Assembly: GCA_002633005.1 (NCBI GenBank)
Contig: NMRA01000034.1
Location: forward strand, 469,696-533,695
Reading direction: 5' to 3'
From: Phoronis australis
Lineage: Eukaryota; Animalia; Phoronida
DNA length: 64,000 nt
Both the position numbers and the translations under genes were made by a program. This document shows positions 25,763-38,700 of this stretch, one piece after another. Within the stretch, counting starts at the first letter, position 1. Each line of letters begins with the position of its first letter. The notes under the pieces were generated by a model, which made no database searches, was not told the DNA's origin, and saw only the letters and a list, made by a program, of their open reading frames with translations.

Positions 25763-28700
25763 TTAAACATAAACGGCATTCCAACTTGGATTCAACCACA
25801 TCTTTTGATCACAATCATTTGTGGTCTCCGCATTTTCTTGCGTTGTTGGTGGTTCGTAGCTTCCAACTTTTCGTGACTTTTTCTTGTACAAAGTGGCAAT
25901 CAATAAAATTAGAAGAAGCAAAAAGAGAAGCGAAACACCGACAGTGATGGCAATTATAAGGGTGTTGTCTGTTTCCGTTACACTGTTATTGTTGTTGTTC
26001 TTTTTGTCGCCATTTTGACTAAGACGATTGCTCGAAATACCATTTATATGAGTATGTGTAACGCTTGTTGCGAGCTCTGGTTTCGGTAGTTTGGTGCGAA
26101 CGCCGAAAACATTAGAAATGTTCCCAATGGTGCCATTACCATCGACTCCTTTCACAGCAAAAAACAGAACAGGTTCTAAGTCAGTCATTAAGAACGAACA
26201 TGTGGCTTCTTGTACCATTGTCGCGCTAACAGGCACAAAGGATTCGTTCATTTCCACAGAAGGCTCCAGCTTCAAAGAAGCTTGGTAATGATCAAGAAGA
26301 CTTTCGACGGTGCGTCCGGTTCTGATGTCGTAGCCTTTTACTTAAAACCAAAATAACAAATGTTAATTTGGAGCATTAAATTCGCTATAAATACCAAAGT
26401 ACCAAATGGACGAATGAGTATGCAGAACACAACACTGACGGTTTNCCCCCCCCCCCCATACACACACACTTATGTCAGTGCTGCGCCGCCCATGAGTACT
26501 TTTGTATCCTCGTTTTCGCGTCATTGAAGCTCCATATGTTATATGTTGTATTCTTTGCAAGATTTTTGGTGAGAAGTGCCAGATTAGAGATCACGGCAGG
26601 TACAAAGTGGGAAGCGGCTGTGGCGGAGGCAGACAGCAGACTGCGACAAGGACTAGGTTTCGTACCAACTAAGAGGCGGAAGTCGACATAAGGGAAGGAG
26701 ATATGGTGCTTCAGGAGAGACGCATTGCTGAGGAAGGGAAGAGAGGTGTCACTAAGGTGGGCTTAAAGAAGCAGGGCGAATGGACGACGAGGATAGCTGT
26801 TTGAGAAAAAAGATCACTCCAAAAGATCTGTTGTCATCAGAAAGTTAGAGACTCAACTTTGTGCACGATCAATTTCCCATGCCGAGGAATTTGAGTCTGT
26901 GGGAGAAAGCTGAAGACGACAGATGTGATAGCTGCGGGGAGCCAGGAACTTTGCAGCACACACTATCAAGTTGCAAAGCAGCACTAGTACAGGGAAAGTA
27001 CACCTGGCGGCATAACCAAGTGCTAAAAGTCCTGTCACATATCCTGGACATTGAAAGGAGAGCAGAGAAAAGGAGCAGAAGTTGAAGAGGGAATCAACAC
27101 CAGGGTTTATTACACAAGCCCATCAACTGGGAGATGACGGTAGACCTGGAAAGTCGAACAGTTCCCAATACATATAGCGGTGACAGCGGTGAGGCCTGAT
27201 GTAGTTTTATGGTCGGACAGCCTTAGGGAAGTGGCCACAGTAGAGCTAACAGTGCCATGGGAAACAAGATTCAATGAAGCTAACGAGGGCAAGACATTGA
27301 AGTATCAAGGTCTGATACATGGCTGCACAGACAATGGGTGGAAGTGTCACAGCATCCCGGTGGAGATTAATTGTAGAGGATGAACCACCAACAGCTTATG
27401 GGGAATTTGAAAGAATTTGGAGATCACAAACATATCACGGAAAGAGTTGTTTAAGACCTGTTCAGTAGCAGCAGAAGCAGCTGCAGAGAAGTAACACTGG
27501 CAACATGACCGTCGTAAGACCTGAGGTACGGATCCACCATAGGGGGCCCGCGTATTGGAGGTCGTACTGGATCAGGGCCGAAACGACCAACGACGATTCC
27601 TAACCAGCTGAAGACGAAAGAGAGTCAGCAGCAACGACACCGCTGTTCACAAGTACGTTTACAAGATTTTCTTGGCTACATTACTCTATTCGTACTTCCA
27701 ATGTCAATGACGTACTACTGCCGTGACGTGGGCTGCAACCTCGAAGGGAGAAAGTTGGAAAAGCTTGGCAAATATCCAACATCAATCAACATGAGCGATT
27801 GTTTAAATCATGTTGGTAGAGTTACTTATGAACCGGAGAGAACCCCCTTTCTTGAAGATACCTTTTCAATTATGGAATTTTAAACAGTTGAAATCGGGAA
27901 TATTTCAATCGCCATACTCCTCCATGGTTTGATGTGCCTCATATTCCAAAACGAGGTCAGTGATTTTACCTCCGATACAAAGGAGAGTTCCATCACTGTC
28001 AGTGTAATACGGGAAGATCACATTACAGTAACACAACAAAAGTATCTTTGCATTCAAAAACGTGTACGTGTGCCGGTGTTCATCAAACTATAAAGCTGAA
28101 AGTAGTGCTTCTTTTCTGAAAGCGACTAATGAGTAGTGTATTTTACAACAAAAATATATGGAGATGAAGTACGCAGACGATGAGGGTGTAAACAACCTCA
28201 TTACATCTATGAAAAGCCCTACAATCGTGCTCGACAATGAGAACACTTTCTCTCAAAGTAAGAAACAAAAGATTTGGTATACAAGGGGTAGCTGAATTAC
28301 GCTGNGGTGGAAGTGTCACAGCATCCCGGTGGAGATTAATTGTAGAGGATGAACCACCAACAGCTTATGGGGAATTTGAAATAATTTGGAGATCACAAAC
28401 ATATCACGGAAAGAGTTGTTTAAGACCTGTTCAGTAGCAGCATAAGCAGCTGCAGAGAAGTAACACCTGGCAACATGACCGTCGTAAGACCTGAGGTACG
28501 GATCCACCATAGGGGGCCCGCGTATTGGAGGTCGTACTGGATCAGGGCCGAAACGACCAACGACGATTCCTAACCAGCTGAAGACGAGCGAGAGTCAGCA
28601 GCAACGACACCGCTGTTCACAAGTACGTTTACAAGACTTTCTTGGCTACATTACTCTATTCGTACTTCCAATGTCAATGACGTACTACTGCCGTGACGTG

Positions 28701-31700
28701 GGCTGCAACCTCGAAGGGAGAAAGTTGGAAAAGCTTGGCAAATATCCAACATCAATCAACATGAGCGATTGTTTAAATCATGTTGGTCGAGTTACTTATG
28801 AACCGGAGAGAACCCCCTTTCTTGAAGATACCTTTTCAATTATGGAATTTTAAACAGTTGAAATCGGGAATATTTCAATCGCCATACTCCTCCATGGTTT
28901 GATGTGCCTCATATTCCAAAACGAGGTGAGTGATTTTACCTCCGATACAAAGGAGAGTTCCATCACTGTCAGTGTAATACGGGAAGATCCCATTACAGTA
29001 ACACAACAAAAGTATCTTTGCATTCAGAAACGTGTACGTGTGCTGGTGTTCATCAAACTATAAAGCTGAAAGTAGTGCTTCTTTTCTGAAAGCGACTAAT
29101 GAGTAGTGTATTTTACAACAAAAATATATGGAGATGAAGTACGCAGACGATGAGGGTGTAAACAACCTCGTTACATCTATGAAAAGCCCTACAATCTTGC
29201 TCGACAATGAGAACACTTTCTCTCAAAGTAAGAAACAAAAGATTTGGTATACAAGGGGTAGCTGAATTACGCTGGTCACGTTATTTGAGAGAGCTTTCAC
29301 AGCTCGAATACCGAATGACCGTTTACCTGTTCCTGTAAAGAAGTCTTCCCCAGGCGCTGTCCATTTTAGTGACACCGTAACGCGAGTGACGTTGGGTTGG
29401 ATATCATCAGTTTCCACCATCAGTACCGCGAGATCTCTGATAGTTCCAGGTGGTAGAACATGCGGATCGTGGACGAAAGAATGGAGAGTGAAGGAACCGG
29501 CGAGAGTATTTCTGGTAAAAGGTCGAAGACGCTTATAGATCTGGGGCTTGCTTCCTGAGAAAAAGTGCAATTAGTTGAACTCATTAAGCTGGCTGAAAAA
29601 ACAAAATCAACACATATCCCTGCAAAATTTGTCCTGGGATACACTTTTTTGTCGTAATAACCGTCATGTCACAATTCCCATCCAAGTCAACGAAACGCTT
29701 TTGAAATGAAAGAGCTGGCTGTGGATTGGACAGTTCTGACATTTTGTTCTAGAACTTTGGGGTAATCTAGTAAGGATTGGTTTTGTATTTGATTTGTTGA
29801 AGTGGTGCTGTTAATCGCAATTTAGTTTTTTCATAAACAGGAATAAAAAATAGGATATCACGAGCCATAGGTCAAGTGTGATATACCGCCTCGGTGATAC
29901 TGGCCAATTAGAGTAATTTAATATACACCTCTGTGCACTTCTATCGCATCGCTGTATAACCGTCCCTGGGTTGCAACATGCGCGTGGCCGCCGTTAGATG
30001 CTTCAATATTCACAGTGTACCGTCCGTTTCCGGAATGTTGGACGAATATCGCCGAATATATTCCATCGTTTGCTGTTGTGTCAGCACCTGTAAAGTCCAT
30101 CAGCCGTTAATCTCAAATTAGAACGTCTAAGCCGTTTGCTAAAGCAAATAACTTGAGAGGCTGTTTCGTAGACAACCTTACTACTGCACGTGTCTCCACG
30201 AAAAACATAATATAATTTCAATATCACAAGTCATATACATACATGTATCGCTGGCGTCAGTCTGCTGTTCATCTCCTCTTTCATTTTAAGCATCATTAAG
30301 AAAACTGAACAAATTCCTCAATCGTAAAACGGTGAGACAAAAATGAACTTGCCCAAGCCATCGTCGCGTAAAAGTACTTCGATAGGGTCTCCTTTTGGTC
30401 TGTCAACTCGCGCAGTTACCTGGAGAGCCCGTACCGGCGCTCGTCCTCTTGTACACTCGGCATAAATCGGAACTTCAGATGGAAAAGTGATACTGACAGC
30501 ACTCAGCCATGACGAGCACGAGACTGCATCGTGACTGGTTTTGATAACTGCGGACTTGACATCTATTGTAAGGACATCTATCATCATGGGGTCGACTTCA
30601 TGGCCGCGTTCTATAAAGTACGTCCACTCGCCTGGCTGTGAAGAAGAATTATTACTTTATTCGTTCAATTCAGTTTTACTCTGTGCTCTGGTAGTCCTGA
30701 AGTCATGGCAATAATTGAAGTCCGGGTGTGACTATGTCATTAACGTTGACCAATACAAGACATAGCAATTGTTGGTGAAAATATTTGTCAGTCATTGTGT
30801 AATGTTTTACAGAAGAGACAAAGCAAATGATCTAGGATTTCGAAGTCGGTTTCCAGCAGCCCAAACGTTATTTGGTGCAGGTGACACGATGGCTAACCAT
30901 GGCCTAAAGTAAACTTTAAAAGTGAGAATTAACGTGGTTGAGAACAACTTACCACGACTTGATCAAAATGAAATTGCGCCGTATTAAACTTCGAGTCATA
31001 CCAGAAGTTACTGGAATTGGCGTCATACTTTTCAAGGTTTGGACTCTGTAGCCATACCTGTAAGAAAGGGTCATGTAATGGATTCTAAAATGTTCTTTAT
31101 GCTACCCTGTGTCAAAAATCTCGTTGTGTAACCCCTAAGGAGACCAACGTTTATTATTCGGAATGTGTGTATTTAGTCAAGATATATAATACACGGAGTC
31201 ACCTTTACGAGCTTTGGCAAATGGAATATTTCTAAGGGAAGACTTACATTGTAGACACTTCGCTGTGAGAAATAAAAAATGAATCTCGGCATTTCTCCGA
31301 GATGCTCGTCAATGAGGACAGACCCATTGTAAACTTTTTGATTGTCGTCCAGTTCAATGACTTCATGCTTAATCTGAAAACCAGAACAAATACAGAAACA
31401 ACTTTTTAACTTTTCATTTTAAATATTTTAGATATAAGTAGAATAGCTAGGAAAACAGACAAACCTAATCGAAGAGCGTCTATGTGATCATAGAACAAGC
31501 AACGTGCAACGGACAAGAAAAGAAATTATCAACACTAGCAGTAGATTAGTACCATAGTAGGGACTGGCCGGTTCCAATCGTTTTATGACTCATGGTTGGT
31601 AGTAGAAATGACGTCAAGTAACTTCGCAACGAAACTTGGCCCTTCCAACAAGAAGACATGTTGGTACTCTATTTACGTTATTGTAATTCAGTCCTTTTTA

Positions 31701-34700
31701 CGTTGAATTCCACTTTGATGTCCGCTGGGTAACGGTTACACATTTACAGTCTCACTGCCGCAGATAATGCGCTATCGTTAGCTCGTAGTAAATATGCAGC
31801 GCTGAAGCAACATCTGTTAAGCTTGTCAAATCACCTGACTTTCCAAATATGGAAGTCATACATTACAGTCAAGTTCCTAACTGCATTTTCCGCTTGCGCG
31901 TAGGATGCTGGGACGAGGCTACACTGACAGCTTACGACAGTGGAAAGAGCAGTAATGCCGGTTAAAGTAGCTGGTGCAGCGTCATAAAGTCATAACATTA
32001 CAAGAGAGTTACTCACGGTTATTTCATCGTTACCTAGACGTCTGGACAGTTCTGAGAATATCGTACTCAATACATTAATTGTTTCGTAACTGTTTTCAGA
32101 ATGGAAGAAAAATCGACCACCTACAAAAGAAAAGAATGTCGTTGTATGCTAGTTAGAGGGGAAGGAGTCAAGTCTCTTTGTCAGCATTACAGCATACCTG
32201 TTTTGTATTGGTTGGTGGAAGCTTGCTTTAACAACTGAGTTATCCGTTAACGAAAACTCTACTGGAGATTAAAAATTCAACGGGTGATATCAGTGTTATT
32301 ATCTGTTTCTTCGTTTTACTCCATCGTCGTTTTCGTCATTACCGTACTCATATTGTCATTAGGTAAAAACAGCTTAGCGTATACCTGATCGTTTAGACAG
32401 GTCTTCCATCTTTTCTTCAGCTGTTTTGCCGAAACCGATCGTATCAAAAACAATGCCACTTCTTACTAGGTCGTCTACGAACACAGGGTTGCTCAGTTGC
32501 TCAAAAACACCTCTGCGTTCTCCAGTTAAAAGTTCTCGACCGTCAGTGATGAGAACAACTCGCGATTTCTCCAGTGACCTTCCACTATCTTGCAAAACCT
32601 GTGTATGAGATAAGTTTCGTTACGTGTGTGTGCGTGTGTGTGCACGCAAGCACACAAACACACACACATATGCATGCATGCATACATACGTACATCATAC
32701 GTACATACATACATACATACATACATACATACATACATACATACATACATACATACATACATACGTACATCATACGTACATACATACCTACCATACACAT
32801 ACATGAACATACACGCACCCACCACGCGGCGGTAAGTGGATAAGTGGAGATGGTGGATGGAGCAAGGGACGCCCGGAGGAGCAAAGTCAGAACGTAAGGA
32901 GGTGCTGTGGAACTGTGGTCGATGTTGGAGAGAGCCATGGAGCCATGGAAAAGGCATCCTGGAAAAGAAAGCGAGACAATTTATCGGTAATGAAATTAGT
33001 TTTGCCGGGAATGTGTTTGGCCTTGAAATGGATATTATGGTGTAGGGTAGAGAGGACCAGGCGTCGGACGAGGCGCATAATGTTAGGGTCCTTAGAGGAA
33101 GTCTTATTGATGATATGCACCACGGAATGGTTGTCGCACATGAACGATGGCTGGCAAGTTTAGGTCCCCAGATTTCTAAGGCAAGAACGATGGGGAAGAG
33201 CTCCTTGAAGGTGATGGGAAAATGAGAGATGGATGAGGGCCAAGGGCCAGAAAACCAATTAGACCCGCAAACCGCGGCGAATCCCAGGTGGACCGAGGCC
33301 GAGTCAGTATACACTTTGAGTGATTGAGAAGAGGTCCAATGCTCGAAAAGGAACATGGATTTGCCGTTGAAGGAGTGGAGGAATGTAAGCCAAGCGCAAA
33401 TGTCAGCACGGTATTCTTTGGTGAGAGTGACGTGATGATGAGGCTGAGACATGCAAAGCGTGAGATCGATGAGGCGACGGAGGAAGGCTCGACCGGGAAT
33501 GATGACAAGGCAAGCGAAATTGAGAAAACCAATGAGAGACTGAAGGGTCACGTAGTAGGACCGACCTTTTATGCTGGAAGGACTGGAGAGGATGTAGGGC
33601 CTTGTTGAGTTTGTCTTGGGGAAGGGAAGCCGTCATGGATGTGGAGTCTAGATGAATACCGTAGATAGTGATGGAGGTCGTTGGAAGGACGGTCCTTTGG
33701 TGATTGATGGGGACGCCGATTTCTTTACAAAAGGTGAGAAACGTGCGGAGATAAGAAGAACATAAAGGGGAATTAGGGGGGCCGACAAAAAAGAAGTCAT
33801 CAATGTGGTGGGACACCCCTGGGACATTGACTTTATTTTGAAGAATCCATTGGAAGGATGAGCTGATGAGTTCAAATATGTTGCATGACGAAGAAAGACC
33901 AAACGGAAGACAACGATCGAAATAATATTGACCGGCCCAAACAAACCCAAGGAAACGATAGTCAGAAGGGTGTATAGGAACATGACGGAAGGCATCCTGT
34001 ATGTCTGTTTTAGCCATGAGAGAATTGTGGCCGGAGCGGCGCACTAGAAACATGGCGTTTTCAATGGTTTCATAGTGAACATGAGAGAAGGATAAGGGAT
34101 GAGAGTTAACGGAATCGGAATCCCGAGATGGGTATGAAAGGTTATGGATAAGGCGAAATTTACCGGAGTCTTTCTTAGGTATAAGCCCGAGAGGGGAACT
34201 GATGAAATTGTCGAATGGAGGGTACTGGTGGGGTCCGGAGTAGCGGCCACAGTCAACCTCGTGCTGTATTGTGTGTTTGGTCACAGTAGAGTTGAGGACT
34301 GCAGATGGGTGGTTATGAGGAGGTGGGGAGGATAACATGGAGGAAACACCAATACGGAAACCATAAGTGAAACCATGAATAATGCGAACAGTAAGGGCGG
34401 ATGGATAACCGAGGAGATATGGTTCAAGTTTGTTTATTTTTAGGGGTGTTGGAAGGTCGGGTGGCGGTGGAGGTGGTTCGCGGTGTGGGTTGGGGATAGG
34501 ACGAGATAGGGCAAGCAGAGGCGGGGTGGAGGCCATTGCAAGTGATACTGCGGTGGAGGTAGCGACAGTGCTGTTGTGGGCAGAATGCGGAGTTAAACCG
34601 CCGGCAGAGACCGCTGAGGTGTGAGGCAGCTGAACGTGGTTGGAGAAATTAGGTACGAAAGGACTGAGTGCGTGGGTAGATAGTACGGATGGAATTGGGG

Positions 34701-35677
34701 TAGTTAGAGGGAGATGAAATTTTGTGAGATTGGAGGATAACCTGATTCCAGATTTCCATATTGGTGGTTTCCCAAGGAACAGGGGTAGCTGAGCGCAATA
34801 GCGGAGTTGCAACCGAATCGATTTAACGATTGCGCATGTCCGGAAATTAGGGTGCGCAAAGGCTACTGNTGACTTTCCAAATATGGAAGTCATACATTAC
34901 AGTCAAGTTCCTAACTGCATTTTCCGCTTGCGCGTAGGATGCTGGAACGAGACTACACTGACAGCTTACGACAGTGGAAAGAGCAGTAATGCCGGTTAAA
35001 GTAGCTGGTGCAGCGTTATAAAGTCATAACATTACAAGAGAGTTACTCACGGTTATTTCATCGTTACCTAGACGTCTGGACAGTTCTGAGAATATGGTAC
35101 TCAATACATTAGTTGTTTCGTAACTGTTTTCAGAATGGAAGAAAAATCGACCACCTACAAAAGAAAAGAATGTCGTTGTATGCTAGTTAGAAGGGATGGA
35201 GTCAAGTCTCTTAGTCAGCATTACAGCGTACCTGTTTTGTATTGGTTGGTGGAAGCTTGCTTTAACAACTGAGTTATCCGTTAACGAAAACTCTACTGGA
35301 GATTAAAAATTCAACGTGTGATATCAGTGTTATTATCTGTTTCTTCGTTCTACTCCATCGTCGTTTTCGTAATTTCCGTACTCATATTGTCATTAGGTAA
35401 AAACAGCTTAGCGTATACCTGATCGTTTAGACAGGTCTTCCATCTTTTCTTCAGCAGTTTTGCCGAAACCGATCGTATCAAAAACAATGCCACTTCTTAC
35501 GAGGTCGTCTACGAACACAGGGTTGCTCAGTTGCTCAAAAACACCTCTGCGTTCTTCAGTTAGAAGTTCTCGACCGTCAGTGATGAGAACAACTCGCGAT
35601 TTCTCCAGTGACCTTCCACTATCTTGCAAAACCTGTGTATGAGATAAGTTTCGTTTCGTGTGTGTGCGTGTGTGTGT

Positions 35678-35720
<43 letters not shown>

Positions 35721-38700
35721 TATGCATGCATGCATACATACATACATACATACATACATACATACATACATACATACATACATACATACATACATACATA
35801 CATACATACATCATACGTACATACATACCTACCACACACATACATGAACATACACGCACCCACCCGCCCACCCGACCCACCCTTTCACGAACACACTACG
35901 TGTATGGTGAGATAACGGCCATTCCTTCAAAACGCGTAGTGTTGAAAACATGTTGGAAAATGTTGAGCTTGCTGCGAACAAGAAGATCAAATAAAATCTT
36001 TTGATCGTACTTTAATCCACGGAGTAACAGTAACTGTCCAGAAACAGTAAAACACATAAATTCAATACCGATATATTGATTCCGGATCTCCGTACATACG
36101 TATATTGGGGCCGCGTTACGCATGACGTGGTTCACTTACGTACCTGCACTGCTTCACCTAAGGCCAATCCAATACTTGTAGCTCCACCAACGTCGTCTCC
36201 TGATGGCAAGTTTTTCACAAGTTTCTCTCGGTCATCGTTGGTCTCAATTATCGTCAGATTCACCCTTGTAACCACCTGCCCACTGAAGACAATCAATGCT
36301 ACTTCAGCGCCTTGCGGTAGCTCGTTACGAAACATGTTGTTGAGAGACTGGCCCATTGTAAATATGCGATTTCTCTGGGGAAAGAGACCAGGAACCAAGT
36401 TTTTGAAGTGTTGATGATGCGGTCATAACTAAGACTCTGGTATCTTTATTTTATATTAGCCAATCATTCGCTGACGTGGTTGGTGTAAATTACGACCACG
36501 TTTGCTCCAGGTGGCAATGTTTTGCTAACAAAATTGCAGCATCGCCTTCACAAAATCCATACCTACCATTGTATTATTAGTTACAACCGGCATTATGACG
36601 TTTGATTAAACGGATTGATTTCCAGTTTGGGAGCGTTCATATATTGTGTCATCCAAAAATACCCCTTTTAGCCCCNNNNNNNNNNNNNNNNNNNNNNNNN
36701 NNNNNNNNNNNNNNNNNNNNNNNNNNNNNNNNNNNNNNNNNNNNNNNNNNNNNNNNNNCGTGGTTAGGCAGTGATGGAGTGAGTCTGTCCTCTTGTCTGC
36801 GTACATGTTTGTAAGGTAAGCCAAGTGAAATATGATCAAATCTTGGAAGCGTGAAACAGCCGGTCCCGGTTTTGTAACAATTCAATTCCGCTAGAAGGTG
36901 AACTAGTTTCCCAACGATATGTACTGTGACGAATACATTTTAATAAACCACACGATGGCGCCAATGTGAGCCTAACTCTCATCCCCCAGTCATAAATCGT
37001 CTTCTCCCTCCCATCTCGAGTGAAATGACGTAATATGTGAACGCTCCCTTTCCCACATTTGGCGATGTTTTTTTTTGGTTGGTCTTCAAAATAAAAGAGT
37101 GGTTTCAACAATTCTGATTTAAATTTTTACGGTGAGGGATCGTAATACAAATACAAGATAGTGTTCCTCTGGGTTTTTGGTTTTCACATTTATGAATTTA
37201 ACCACTCAGTAAAACTGCTGATACGTCAAGATAAAACTATCACCATAAACTTGGTAAAATATGATAATCAACACTCACTCTTAACATTGATCCAGAGATG
37301 TCAATTACAAAAACAACACGTGGTGCTTTTTGCCTGTACGCCATGCGAAAATGTGGTGAAATGGATCTAACATCCCCTGCGTCATTTGAACTGTTGGAAA
37401 TGTCGGAGTGTTGTTTTATTACATCCCACGACCCTCTGTAATTACATAAAATATTTTGCTTGCTTGGAGCTTCGACATTATGCAAATGAAGATGGTCACT
37501 TGAATTCCGTTCACAAAACGATGATATGGACTTTGAAAACCACGCCCCCATGATAGAGGATTTTGCATTCGTCTGCTCTCGGTATGGATGAAAGCTGCAG
37601 TCGTTCGCTAGCCCACCGACTGAACAGTAGTCGCATGCTTTCGCGCCGTTGCACGCGCCTTGTATGTTTTTCGAACATATGCTTGGTCTGGTTTGTGAAT
37701 CGCTGTCAATGTAGAATGTTGGATATAACTTATTTCCTTCAAATCCTGCCTCTTCGAAAACTCCATAGCGATATTTAGCAAACTGGTGGACAAACAAGCG
37801 CCCTGAAACGAGTATAATTATGCCATTTATGCAATAGTACCAAAAAAAAAAACAGAAACAAAAGATTCCATTGTCTCCAGAGGGAAAAATATTTCCAAAT
37901 GAACAAGAGGAAATAAAAGAGGGAAAAATATTTCCAGATGAACAAGAGGAAATAAATGAAGTTTGTGCACTTCCATGATTATTCAAGTCTTCGTTACAAT
38001 AGGCCTACACCGTAAATCTGCTGCGTGTAAACTCACGTTGAATTTACTGTTACCGAATAATTTGTTCACTGCAAAATCGTATTTTTTACCTTGAGAATTA
38101 TCTGCAAGGACACAGTCACTAACAGTGAGTCGACATTTTAGTTTGTCTTAACTGAAATTCAATCTGAAGGTTGAACCTACCGGGGTCTACGCTCTCCTGG
38201 CCTCCCTTTTTGTTAATAATGTCTTCATAATTAAAGTGAATGGATTTTCCGCTTTCGCCGCATCGACCATGTTGCTTCACGTAGGAAAAGTCGGTAAAGT
38301 TGGCACATACCATCTCAACAGTGACATCAGCATGTTCGGCCTCACCAATTTCGATGACGTCATCGTAATTGTTCGTCTGCCATGTTTCAGGAATGATAAT
38401 TGTTATGTTTCTCAGGTACACCCCATATCTGGTTGCATTGTAGAGGAAAGAAGACCCTTTCACAAGCATCGACTGCAAAAGATATGTGATCAAAACACGA
38501 ATGTAAAAATTGCCATTGAATCAGTTTTGAGATTATTGTTAGATAGGAGAGACTTAGAGAAGCTGTTAGATTTGACTAGAGCTATAAAATAAATTCCGTT
38601 GTGATTTTGTGATTTTGTGATTTTTTACTAATCAGCTATTCTCGCCGTTGTATGGCGGACGTACCCTGAAATCAGGACCGCTCACTTTACCACTTGAATA

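Larger units (their letters stand above)
31837..35862. repeat. Duplicated CLCA exons 5-6 region (31837-32823 / 34870-35862), junction at single N 34869
   Basis: Two near-identical copies with SNPs and different microsatellite lengths. Only the first copy continues into the DIRS element. Confidence 0.85.

Noticed and set aside
32574-35915. Many MYVC/HTYI-repeat ORFs
   Set aside because: Translations of (ACAT)n microsatellites.
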